Program-made: the position numbers and the translations under genes | Notes under the pieces: generated by a model | Databases searched by the model: none | Seen by the model: the letters and a program-made list of their open reading frames with translations, nothing else | What the model was told of the DNA's origin: nothing | Shown here: positions 1 through 10,100 of the stretch, piece by piece | Layout: every line of letters starts with the position of its first letter | Position numbering within the stretch: the first letter of the stretch is position 1 | Assembly (NCBI GenBank): GCA_019828565.1 | Contig: JAHDYR010000062.1 | Coordinates: forward strand, 1,064,421 to 1,128,420 | DNA from: Carpediemonas membranifera BICM | Taxonomy: Eukaryota > Protista > Fornicata | Direction of reading: 5' to 3' | DNA: 64,000 nt

Positions 1-5
1 CACCG

Positions 6-63
6 CGGTGTCATCCGGGGGTGTCTGGGGCCCATCGGAGTCGGAAAGCTCCGAGTCAACCGT
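6..63. repeat. 58-bp copy of an internal fragment (1961-2018) of the neighbouring gene
   Basis: cggtgtcatccgggggtgtctggggccc...gagtcaaccgt matches 1961-2018 at 57/58 positions; identity stops at position 6. Confidence 0.9.
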
Positions 64-91
64 CGACGCACTTGGACAATGTTGTTGCTTA

Positions 92-1006
92 TCAGACCGC
101 GCTCTGATCCTTCGGCGGGGTGAGGGCCACGAGGTAGCGCTTCATCATGGGATACTGGAACACGTCATCCAGCCGGGGTCGGCGGTCGGGAGCCTTGGTC
201 AACATGCTTGTGATGAGGTTCTTGAGGCCCTCTGAGACGTGTGTGATGTGCCGAGGGAACCGGATGTCTTTGTCCAGAATCTGACGGTACAGCGCCATCT
301 GTGTGTTGTTCCGTGGGACAAAGGGGGCCCGCAGGAAGCACATCTCGTACAAGCAGGCCCCGATGGCCCACACATCGACCTTGCTGTCATAGGCCTGCCC
401 GCTGATGATCTCGGGCGCCTGGTACAGGGGCGTCCCGCACTGCGTCCTGGCCATGGTCTCCTGCTTTAAGATGCGGCCGAGACCCATGTTAGCGACCTTG
501 ATGTCGCCCGCTTTGGTGACCATGATGTTGGCAGGCTTCAGATCTCGGTGGAGGATGTTGCGGCTGTGCATGTTGTGGAGTGCGAGGCATATCTGAACGA
601 GCCAGCGCCAGATCTGGTCCTCGGGGATGACCTCGTGTGCCCGCCGCTTGGTCTCCAAGATCGTGCTCAGGTCGTGGCCGTCGATGTACTCCATCACAAT
701 GTACAGGTGCTTCTGCCAGATGGCGCTGTCGAAGTGGCGGACGACGTTGGGGTGGTTCAGGCGCCTCATGACCCGGACCTCGTTTGACGCACGGGACTGC
801 TCCTTCTCAGACATTGTAGCGGTGTCGTAGGGCACCATCTTGATTGCTACCTTTGTTCCTGGTTCTAGTTCTACTTCAGAGCCTGTTATGGGGCCGCGTG
901 GCTTGATCACACTCGCGAGGAAGACTTGGCCGAATGCGCCTTTGCCAAGAATCGCTTCTGGTTGATATTCGTATCTGGTCGAAAGAATAACACCGTTTCC
1001 TGCCAT
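92..1006 (-). CDS. NEK/NIMA-family Ser/Thr kinase, DFG motif altered to NMG
   Basis: LGKGAFG, VAIK, HRDLKPAN, GTPLYQAPE, DVWAIG; first ATG at 1006. Confidence 0.85.
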   Translation of the reverse strand: MAGNGVILSTRYEYQPEAILGKGAFGQVFLASVIKPRGPITGSEVELEPGTKVAIKMVPYDTATMSEKEQSRASNEVRVMRRLNHPNVVRHFDSAIWQKHLYIVMEYIDGHDLSTILETKRRAHEVIPEDQIWRWLVQICLALHNMHSRNILHRDLKPANIMVTKAGDIKVANMGLGRILKQETMARTQCGTPLYQAPEIISGQAYDSKVDVWAIGACLYEMCFLRAPFVPRNNTQMALYRQILDKDIRFPRHITHVSEGLKNLITSMLTKAPDRRPRLDDVFQYPMMKRYLVALTPPKDQSAV

Positions 1007-1060
1007 CAGGCCATCATCTTCCACCGCAAACGACTGTGACTCCAAAGATTGTGACTCGAG

Positions 1061-1360
1061 TTATGTATTCCGATTTATCTTCATGTAAACAGCTGGCACA
1101 GGCCGACAGCTCGACTGGGAGGAGCTCCAGGCTGAACATTCCCAGCTTGACACTTGTCCACTTGTCGTACACCAGGAGGGTAGCGGACATGAGGGCATCA
1201 GCCATGGTAAGGGCGATCTTGCGGGCAGAGATGCGGAATCTGGCTGCGGACGCGTTAAGGTAGGCCTCGACTTTCGTGACGGACCGGATGATGTTGACGC
1301 TGTCGGGGCGTCGGGGTTCACTACGGTGAGGTTGAGGCGGTAGAGGGCATACTGCTTCAC
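1061..1360 (-). pseudogene. Possible frameshifted gene fragment of unknown identity
   Basis: Coding-like composition; two overlapping frames (VKQYALYRLNLTVVNP.. then ..NIIRSVTKVEAYLNAS..MADALMSATLLVYDKW); no clean start. Confidence 0.3.
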
Positions 1361-1778
1361 CTTATTCTCAACCTCCCTCTCTTTATGTAATTTACGAATT
1401 TATCCGTGTCTTTACATACTGCTGCATATCTACATCCGACCAGCCGGGGCCACTCCTGAAGGAGGACCTTGTCCCACGGCAGCACACTTTATGTGTGCAA
1501 CACAGAATGCATTTCCTTCCTTCAATACTTGTCAGGGTCTCTCGAGCAGAATGTGTGTGTTTTATGTCCATTCAGCTTATATAATCTTCCTTGACCCTTG
1601 TCCAGCGTGTCCATCTCTTGGGGGATTTTCGTCGTAGTCCATCACAAGTCACACCTCCACTCTCCTTAGCCCGGCCGAGCAAGCCGCCAGTTGGACCGGT
1701 AGCCACCTTGACTGTGGCCCAATGCCCCCGTGCCCCACGTACATGGTACACACTCCGATTGATCATTTACCGAAGATC

Positions 1779-2735
1779 CTAACTCGAGGGCTGCAGCTCA
1801 GCCGCGAGCTCGGCTTGCCCTACAATGCCACCCATGTCCGCTGAGGCCGCCTGGACGACATCGATGGGCTGTGTCGCAGTCGACAGGGATGTCCCGAACA
1901 CAAGCGGCGAGTCGGGCGGGCTCGTCACGTCCAGCCCGTCTACGTCGAACATCAGCTCGACGGTGTCATCCGGGGGTGTCTGGGGCCCATCGGAGTCGGA
2001 CAGCTCCGAGTCAACCGTGATGACGTCCGCGTCAGGCTCATCTGGCAGCGGCGACCGCTGCCAACCAAGTGACGCCGTGATGGGTACCGGTCCCTCATCC
2101 AGGATGTCGTCCGCTGCTTGGATCGGGGGCGGGGCGTCTGCCTGCAGGTTTACGAACGCCCTGGGCCGGGTGCTCGACTCGATGTGTTTGGCGATGAGCT
2201 GGTAGGCACTTGTCTGCATACCACGTACCGCCTCCTGGTATTCCGCGGTCAGTTTCGCCTTGAGCTCGGACACCTGCTGTGCATAGGACTCCTTGAGGGC
2301 CCTGGAGTGCTCGAGGACGGCCGTCTGCAGCTGTCGGTCGAGCATGCGTGTCTCGGAGTGAACGGCCTCTGGGTCAACTGGGTCATTAGAGACCATCTGG
2401 CTCCACGCCATGTCGATCTTGAATAGCGGCGACCATGTTGGCGACGCCTTGGCTGCCCGGAGGTCGTCGTCGGACTTCAGGTCGTCTGCGACAAAGAATG
2501 AGTCTTCCGCATCGTTGAAGTGGATGAGGCAGAGTGTGTGGCAGTGCGTGCAGACGTACGTGGTGTGTTGCTTTCCCTCGTCTGGCCCCGATGCGATCGT
2601 CTCAATCTGCTTCGCCAGGAAGGGCGTCAGTTGGCACTGAATCGAAACACCCCGTACTGGATTAACCTTAAGTTCCCTCTGGTTATTCGATGGGCCTACG
2701 AATGTTATCCTGGGGCTCTCAACGTCGTCGGACAT
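1779..2735 (-). CDS. Hypothetical protein with CxxC motif, coiled coil and acidic C-terminus
   Basis: About 318-aa ORF from ATG 2735 with typical codon usage; CTHC motif; FDVDG motif. Confidence 0.7.
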   Translation of the reverse strand: MSDDVESPRITFVGPSNNQRELKVNPVRGVSIQCQLTPFLAKQIETIASGPDEGKQHTTYVCTHCHTLCLIHFNDAEDSFFVADDLKSDDDLRAAKASPTWSPLFKIDMAWSQMVSNDPVDPEAVHSETRMLDRQLQTAVLEHSRALKESYAQQVSELKAKLTAEYQEAVRGMQTSAYQLIAKHIESSTRPRAFVNLQADAPPPIQAADDILDEGPVPITASLGWQRSPLPDEPDADVITVDSELSDSDGPQTPPDDTVELMFDVDGLDVTSPPDSPLVFGTSLSTATQPIDVVQAASADMGGIVGQAELAAELQPSS

Positions 2736-2963
2736 GCAGCTCTTCACCGCGACACTATATGAGGTATAAGAAGGGAAACGTACTTAAAACAACGGCAGTA
2801 GCCAATACCAATCGAGTCCGAACGGCAAAAATCGGCTTGGTCGCCTTGCATTCGGGTTCTCGGCTCTCTGGGCCGGCATATACATTGCTCAGTTGCCCTC
2901 ATGTAATTCCAGTAAATCGCGCTGAGACGACTATTGTTGCTTTATTGGGCTGGGGCCCATACT

Positions 2964-5231
2964 CTACACGCTGCTCGCCTCCTGCTCGACCACCTCCCCA
3001 AAGCCCTCGGGAGTGTCTGGAAGACTCAGCAGTTCATCCTCGGGCGCCTCGGGGCTGGATAACTCGGCCGCCGCGGCGGGGATCTTGACCGGAGCCTGTG
3101 GGGTCCCGAGTTGTGAGATCTGGCGGGCGACGTCCTCGTCCCGCTCCCGCCCTTGGGCCATGTAGCCCTCGTACTCGGTCCGAACACGGGACAGCTCCTT
3201 CCGCTCCTGCTCAATCGCCGCCCGCATCTGCTCGACGGTGTGAGCCGCCGTGCGCTGGGCCTGGACGACGTCGTACTCCGCCTTGGCCGCCCGCTGCTGG
3301 GCGCCCGCCAACTCGAGCTTCAGTGCCGTGACCAGCACCGTTGCATCGGCACACTCTCCCTCGTCCCCGAGGGCGTCCTGGGCCGTCTTCACCGCCTGTG
3401 TGAGGGCCTCGTTGGCGCTGCGGGTGCTCTCGATCGTCGTCGAAAGATCCCCCAGCCGGCGCTCGGCGACACCGACCTGCCGCTCGAGCTGCTGCCGCTT
3501 GTCCTCGAGCACGTCGAGTGCGGCCCGCTGCCCCTCCTGCCTGAGCCAGGCATCGTCGTTCCCCTCTCCGAGGACCCTACTCCGTCGGTCGAGCTCTTTC
3601 TCCCGCTCGTCGAGCTCGAGCTGCCGTGCCGTAGCGTGCCTGAGCATGCCTGCGATGGAGTCCTCTGCGGTCTTGGTCTGGTCGAGTCGGGCACGCAACT
3701 CGGACTCCCGGTCGGTGATGTCGTACAGGCGGTCGGCGTACTTCCTGTCGTACCGCTGCAGCTCCATGTGGTCCCGCTTGAGCCGCTGGTACTGGTACTC
3801 CCACTTGAGACACTCCCGGTCCCTGCTGGCGAACTGGACCTTCAGTTCATCCACCTGTCGCTCGGCGTCCTCCCGGTACCGCTCGGCGATGTCCGCATCC
3901 CGGGTCCGCTGGGCGTACTGCTTCTGTAGCCGCACGTTGGCTTCCCTGATGGCGAGCTCGACGTCGCTGGCATCCTCGAGCTGCTGACGCTGCTTGTCGA
4001 CGGTCGCCTGCAGCTCGGCCTTGTCCTCCTTAAGCTGCTCGATCTTTCCCTCGAGCCGCTTGACCTCCTCCAGGGCCTGCTCGCGCTTGGTGACCATGTC
4101 GTGCCACGCCATTGTCGTCTGGGTCGACGCGCACGGCCGTCTCAGAGCTTCACTCTGATCGTGCTCGTACGTCGCAATAAGCGACTGGTAGTGGCGCTTG
4201 TCGAACCGCGCGTCGTCCGAGATTTTGAGCACGGCCGCTTCGAGCGACTGCTTTGTGCTCTCGAGCTCCTCGACTTGGAGCTGGGTCTCGTCCAGCTGGC
4301 CCATCACAGCCGTCAGCTCGGACCTGGTGCTGCTCAGCGCCTGCTGGGCCCGCTCGGACTCCACCACGCGCGTCTTCAGCGCCTGCACAGATGTCAGACG
4401 GCTCTGGGAACGGCGACGCAGCTTCTCGAGCTCCCGGCGCTGGGGCTCGAAGCCTTCGACCTTTTTGGTCAGCTCGGCGACCTGCTTGCTGAGCTTGCGG
4501 TTAGCCTGGCACACGGAGTCGAAGTCCCGCTTGATGTCGTCGGTCGGCATGTACCGTAGGACAGACATCGACGGCGACCGGGTCGTGGAGGCCGTCATCG
4601 CAGAGGAACGGAGACGGGGCGAGTTCCTCACACCCGCCGTGGTGCTAGGACGGGCGGGAGCGGGGAACGTGTGCGCGAGGGGCGAATCCGCGGGGGATTG
4701 CAGGAAGCGGCGGGACCGGGCGTGGGAAGTCTCGGCGGGACCCAGGCCGAACACGGTCTGCAGCATGTTGTTGGCGATGCGCTGCAGCATGGCGCCCGTG
4801 AACAGCCGCTGCCTGTCGGGCATGAGGGTGTAGTAGTTCAAGTGGTGCAGCACCGTGTCGAGCAGCGCCGACCGGTGCCGGCTCGGCAACTGGGGTACAG
4901 GACTCATAGGCGCCGACCCTGGCATGTCTGGTGTCCGGATAGGGGTCAGAGCGCCAGTCGAGAGGCGGGACGGTGTGTGCGGTGTTGGTGGCGCGGTCAC
5001 ATCACGCACAGACGCCGCTGGAGAGTCTAATTGTACACTAGCATCCAAGTTTGCCGCCGAAATCACCTTGACTATGTCGATTGCAAGGCCACGAACTGTC
5101 GTATTCACAAAGGATGCCTTATCTTCCAAAAAACGAGTGTACTCGAACTTAGGCCCCCTGGTTTTGGTATATTGATTGCAGAATTCCGGTTCCAAGCACT
5201 CTACAAGCGCTTGAAAGATGGAGGACGACAT
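2964..5231 (-). CDS. Long coiled-coil protein
   Basis: About 755-aa ORF, heptad-rich C-terminal two-thirds; first ATG outside the mobile element is 5231 (MSSSIFQ). Confidence 0.8.
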   Translation of the reverse strand: MSSSIFQALVECLEPEFCNQYTKTRGPKFEYTRFLEDKASFVNTTVRGLAIDIVKVISAANLDASVQLDSPAASVRDVTAPPTPHTPSRLSTGALTPIRTPDMPGSAPMSPVPQLPSRHRSALLDTVLHHLNYYTLMPDRQRLFTGAMLQRIANNMLQTVFGLGPAETSHARSRRFLQSPADSPLAHTFPAPARPSTTAGVRNSPRLRSSAMTASTTRSPSMSVLRYMPTDDIKRDFDSVCQANRKLSKQVAELTKKVEGFEPQRRELEKLRRRSQSRLTSVQALKTRVVESERAQQALSSTRSELTAVMGQLDETQLQVEELESTKQSLEAAVLKISDDARFDKRHYQSLIATYEHDQSEALRRPCASTQTTMAWHDMVTKREQALEEVKRLEGKIEQLKEDKAELQATVDKQRQQLEDASDVELAIREANVRLQKQYAQRTRDADIAERYREDAERQVDELKVQFASRDRECLKWEYQYQRLKRDHMELQRYDRKYADRLYDITDRESELRARLDQTKTAEDSIAGMLRHATARQLELDEREKELDRRSRVLGEGNDDAWLRQEGQRAALDVLEDKRQQLERQVGVAERRLGDLSTTIESTRSANEALTQAVKTAQDALGDEGECADATVLVTALKLELAGAQQRAAKAEYDVVQAQRTAAHTVEQMRAAIEQERKELSRVRTEYEGYMAQGRERDEDVARQISQLGTPQAPVKIPAAAAELSSPEAPEDELLSLPDTPEGFGEVVEQEASSV

Positions 5232-5278
5232 TCGCTCCAACTGTTGCGAAAACTTTCTGTGTGACGCGCAGGATAAGA

Positions 5279-5401
5279 ATTGTTGAGTCCAAAACACAGT
5301 GATCCGAGCAGCATCAGGATCGCAGTGTGGTTCATCATACTCTATCAATCATGCGCAGCATATCACGCGCGCTGCAGCGCGTGCTTGCTCAACTTAGCAA
5401 G
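5279..5401 (-). ncRNA. Putative omegaRNA scaffold (family A copy 2)
   Basis: Between the Fanzor stop and the right-end core; same hairpins as 56909-57033. Confidence 0.6.
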
Positions 5402-5734
5402 TTAATGATAGCGAGGAAGAGCACCTCTCTGGGAGTCGTAGTGGAAAGGAGATTGCTCTATCTGATCTGAAGTTGCATCGAAGGTGCACCAAAGGATGTT
5501 CTCGCTGGCGCTCTTATCTCGGTGAGAGAGATTGAGAAGTATGTCTCTCTGCTCGGGATGCCGACGTAGCCGTTCAACGCGCCATGGAGCTCCCTCGCAC
5601 GCGGGATTCTGGCAGCGCATGGTGCGGTGTGTGTGCACCACACGTCTGAAGTGTGCTTTGCAGTATGGGCACACGATGGAAGTGCGGAATTCCGAGACCA
5701 TCGTGACAGTCACGACGACGTTGTGCCGGAGCAT
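5402..5734 (-). pseudogene. 3' fragment of Fanzor ORF (RuvC-II E, Zn finger, RuvC-III D)
   Basis: SEFRTSIVCPYC...CQNPAC...HRDKSASENI; one residue differs from the C-terminus of the 55004-56908 protein. Confidence 0.9.
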
Positions 5735-6190
5735 GATGACAACCGCTTTCCACCACTAGTGTCTCTCACAACAGACTAAGATGACGAAGACGACGACGAC
5801 ATGAGCTTCAGACGCCGGCAATGGACGACAGATGAGCGCGTAACAGACGAGCACAGACGCGAAAGAAGACAGCAGCGTTCGACACAGACGATGGACGACA
5901 GACGACGCATCTTTTCGTGCAGACCGACGACTGAAAGCACGACAGACCGATGGCACAGACGAGGGCTGAAGTAGGTGAGTGGAGGTAGTGTGCCGCGCAG
6001 GAATAGAATTGTTGAGTCTACCAACCACTTTCTGGACCAACTAAACTGCACCTTCCATCTGATGACCGAATGACCTTGTGAGCCCCTCGGCATCCCTCCA
6101 CTGAAGCTACCCGGGTCGTGGAGCGGTCTAATCGACACAGAAATTTTTTACGCAAAAATGCAGCATCCATCGCATCGGAACGAAGGGCAT

Positions 6191-7000
6191 ATGACGCGTC
6201 CAAGCACGGCATACGCTAGCACATCGCGAAATGTTGGATCTCGGCCTTCTGGATCTTCATTTAAGAACGAGAGGCCAATTAGCCGGCAGCAGCCCCCCAT
6301 GGTCGACGGCGGACGAGATCACCGACAGATAGGCAACCAAGGGCGCCGCATGCAGTCCCATGGTGCAGGGGAAGAAGAGTACATGGACATAACAAGGGTT
6401 CCGTGTGAGTTCTGCGGCCGGAAGTTTGCTGAGGACCGCATCGAACGCCACATGAACACATGCGCCAAGCGGACGGACAAGAAGCGCCAAGTCTTCGACA
6501 GTTCGAAGCAACGCCAGACTTCAGAAGACGCAGATGACAAGCCGACCAAGCCGAAGCCCGCCCAGCGTCGCCCAGCGTCAGCCGGCCCAAGACCGACCAG
6601 GCAGGCCAAGCCGCCGCGCCCCGAACCGGAGAGGACTGAGACTAGACAGTCGCCTCCTCTGCCCGCCCAGCGGCAGACGACGTCGCCCCCGATCCCGACG
6701 CTCATGGGCAAAGCCCGCGGCCCCAGCCCCATGCAGCTCGATGACAGCCCGCCCCGTCACCCCCAGCGCCCAGCGCATGAGGAGCGTGCGCCCTCTAGGC
6801 CTGTGGAACAGCGGCAGGCGAGACCGGTAGTGGCTCAGCGCCCCCGGGTTGCAGCAGCGCCCCTGCAGCCCGAGTATACTGAGCGGCCGACTGGGCCGAT
6901 GACGTTCTGCCCGTTCTGCGGTGTGCGGTTCGTGGAGTTCGCGGAGTTCTGCTGCCACTGTGGAGCGGGAAGAATGGATTATTCCGCCTTGTACGAATAA
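6191..7000 (+). CDS. C2HC zinc-finger protein (ZC2HC1/FAM164-like)
   Basis: PCEFCGRKFAEDRIERHMNTC; C-terminal FCPFCG..FCCHCG ribbon. Confidence 0.8.
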   Translation: MTRPSTAYASTSRNVGSRPSGSSFKNERPISRQQPPMVDGGRDHRQIGNQGRRMQSHGAGEEEYMDITRVPCEFCGRKFAEDRIERHMNTCAKRTDKKRQVFDSSKQRQTSEDADDKPTKPKPAQRRPASAGPRPTRQAKPPRPEPERTETRQSPPLPAQRQTTSPPIPTLMGKARGPSPMQLDDSPPRHPQRPAHEERAPSRPVEQRQARPVVAQRPRVAAAPLQPEYTERPTGPMTFCPFCGVRFVEFAEFCCHCGAGRMDYSALYE

Positions 7001-7103
7001 ACTACCTTAGCATTGCCCAATGCTACTCTTCCTTCCGTCTTTAAGCTCGACCGCGATCCGACTCACGAACCCGATCTCGAGGAAACTCGGAACGCCTTTG
7101 AGA

Positions 7104-10100
7104 ATGCAGCCAAATGACTACTACCAGACGGTAGCCGTCGATAATTTGGCGCCAGACGATAGCTATAGGCCTGTAGACGAGTCTGCTGTGCCCGCTGATG
7201 CATCAGTGCTTCTCACTCGCCGTTCCCAGTCGCCTCTGAAGGTAATAGCGGTACACATTGTAACCTGGCCACTGCTGATCGGTTTCCAGCTTGTAGTGAT
7301 GATGTACAAGTCCATGCTGCAGTGGGTGTCCAGCATCATCAGCATCGTCGTCAAGAACGTCATCATCCCGTTCCTTATCGTCGCCCTCGTCGCCATCGGC
7401 ATCCGGTCTGCCGTGAATAACGGCAGCTTGGCCGGGGACACGGGTCTGATGACGGGCGGCTTCCCTCATTGCACGGCCGGCCCCTCGGGCCAGTGTGTGA
7501 GCCTAATCGTCTGCATGGAGGAGGAGGCCCGCAGCTACGGCCTCGAGATCTTGCAGAACTTCCTCGACAACAACGATATGACCTACGGCAACTGGACGCC
7601 GTCGTATGCCCCCATCCCCAAGGGCTTCGACGTCCTCGTCGCCCATAACTACAGCACCGTCGACGACTGGATTGGCCGCAACCTCAATGTGACCCCCGCC
7701 GTCGTCATTGTCGACACACTCGACCCGACCGAGCGGCTAGTGACGTACCAGGCGTTCTTCAACGCCTCTGCCATCAGCACCATGGCCGGCAACGCCCTCC
7801 GATCCATCAACAACGTCAAGGCGCCCCTGGTCGCGGAGATGTCCCGAGCCCTCGCCCAGTGGTACCGCGGCGAGCCTGTCAGCCGCATCGACGTGACCTT
7901 TGTGGAGCAGCCGATGAATCTTGGCAACGAGGACATGACCGCCCAGATCTCGAAGCAAGTCAACGGGACGTTCCTGCCCATGCTCGTCTTCGCGGTGCTG
8001 GCGAACACGTTCATTGGCGTGCTGAACGACCTCGTGTTTGACCGGACCAACCATATCAAGGAGAGCCTAGTCCTCATGGGGCTCAAGGACTCCGTCTACT
8101 GGATGCATAAGTACATCGCGGAGTTCGCATCGGCCCTGCTAATTGCAGGCCTCTTTTTCGGTGCAGACCATCTCTTCAAGTCCAATATGTTCCCCAACGC
8201 AAACTTCGGGCCCGTCGTATTCTGCACGGTCGCCTTCATGGAGGCGTTCAACGGCCAGGCCCACCTGGTCTCCCTCGTCGTTCGCCGTGCCAAGACCGCC
8301 GCGATCCTGGGCTTCGGCATCTACATCTCCCAGATGCTCGGCATCTTCGTGTGTTCCATCCTGGTCCGAGTCGGCATCATCTTCGTGGCCGGCAAGTATC
8401 TGGCCATCCCTCTCTTCTTCATCTTTCCGAACCTCGCCCTCGCCCACGTGCTCTTCATCGTCCAGAAGTCGTACCCCGGCCTCTCGTTCGATAGGTTCGA
8501 CCTCCACGCCATGTGGGATGTCCCCAGACCTGTACTAGCCCCAGATAAGGGCCTGGACGCCATGAGCGCCGTCATCACGATGTATGCCGCAGCTGTGTTC
8601 TTCCGCGTGGTCGCGTGGTATCTGTATCACGTGTTCCCGCCCGGCGACGAGAGCCGCAAGCCCTGGTACTTCCCCATCGCCCCCTCCTGGCTGTTCGGCA
8701 TCCGCAGCGGCACGATGATTGTCACGGACGAGTCAAGCGTCGTCGCGTCGGACCTCGACCCCTCCATCCAGGCCGAGACGACGAGGGCGCTGACCGAGGA
8801 CGTCGGGCTCCGCATCATGAAGCTCAGCAAGACGTTCCGAGTCGGTTTCGGCGGCAGCACCAGGGCGCTGGACGACCTCTGTCTGACGGCCGACGACCGC
8901 AGCTGCCTCGTGCTCCTCGGCCACAACGGCGCAGGCAAGAGTACGTGCGTTAACATGCTGGACGGGCTGACCGAGCCCACCAGCGGCGACGCGCTCATGT
9001 ACGGCAAGTCGATCGTGTCTGAGCCCGAGTCGATTCGACGCATGATCGGAGTCGTCCAGCAGCATGACATGACGTTCAAGGGCGTCAGCGGGCTCCAGCA
9101 CGTCATCCTGGCCGGCCTGCTCCAGCGTACGCCGCATGTTTACCGCCGGGCGAGGGAGGTCATCGACCTGGTCGGCCTCACCAAGGCACGCAACCGGGAC
9201 GCCTCGAACTACAGCGGCGGAATGAAGCGACGGTTGATGCTGGCGATGGCGATCGTCCATAACCCCCGCATCCTCTTTGTGGACGAGGTCACGAGTGGTA
9301 TGGACCCCCTCAACCGGAGGAACGTGTGGGCAATCCTGAAGGACATCAAGGCGCAGGGCCGCATCGTCGTCCTCACCACCCACTCCATGGAGGAGGCTGA
9401 CATGCTCGGTGACAAGGTCGCCATCCTCGCGAACGGTCGACTCAGAGCAGTCGGATCCGTGCTCGATCTCAAGCAGAGATTCGGATCCGGGTACAAGATC
9501 TCGCTCGTCCCCAAGGAGCGAGAGCATGTCACTGAGGCCGACCGGGCCGACATCGAGTCCCTCTTCGCCCGGGAGTTGTCCGCCCGGCCAGTACCCGGGG
9601 CTGGCATCACCTTCGCCATCCCCAACGCCATCCCCGCCGAGGTCTCCCGTTTCCTCAAGCTGCTGGAGACATCGATCGCTGGAGACGGCCCCGCTGCTAA
9701 AACCCTGCAGCATATCGCCTCGTACGGCATCGCACACTCGTCACTGGGCGAGGTCTTCATGCAGGTCACCACGGGCAAGGGACGGGGCTCCGGGTCGGCC
9801 AGCACTGGTATCGAGGACGCTACACGGCTCCCCGACGGCCGCTTCCAGATCCGGGTGCGGCCGGTCGGGTCGTCGGTGGAGCTCGGTTTCGTCACGGTGG
9901 CCGGCAAGGACACGCTCGCCGATCTCCGGACAACAATCAAGGTGCAGCTGCCGGACCTTCAGTTTGCGGACGACGACATAGCCTTCTTCATTCACGGCGC
10001 TGCGGTATCGCGTGCCCAGGAGGAGCAAATGACCGCAGTCAGTGCCGGTTCCGTACTGGAGCTGGAGAGCCGGCGGGAGTGGGTGGCCCGCATGGCCGCT

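Larger units (their letters stand above)
5259..6018 (-). mobile_element. Non-autonomous, internally deleted Fanzor1 element (family A) flanked by 31-bp imperfect direct repeats
   Basis: 5279-5734 is almost identical to the reverse complement of 56576-57033; 5739-6018 is homologous to 54720-54886; repeats 5259-5289 and 5988-6018 match at 28/31. Confidence 0.9.

Noticed and set aside
1651-1675. acctccactctccttagccc resembling the family A left-end motif
   Set aside because: Short, pyrimidine-rich match needing gaps; no core or CTGCGC upstream.
5232-5348. N-terminal extension of the 794-aa ORF
   Set aside because: It starts at a non-ATG codon inside the element's right end; the ATG at 5231 is the plausible start.
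5259-6018. 31-36-bp repeats as a CRISPR array
   Set aside because: Only pairs, 0.7-1 kb apart; no repeat-spacer periodicity and no cas genes.
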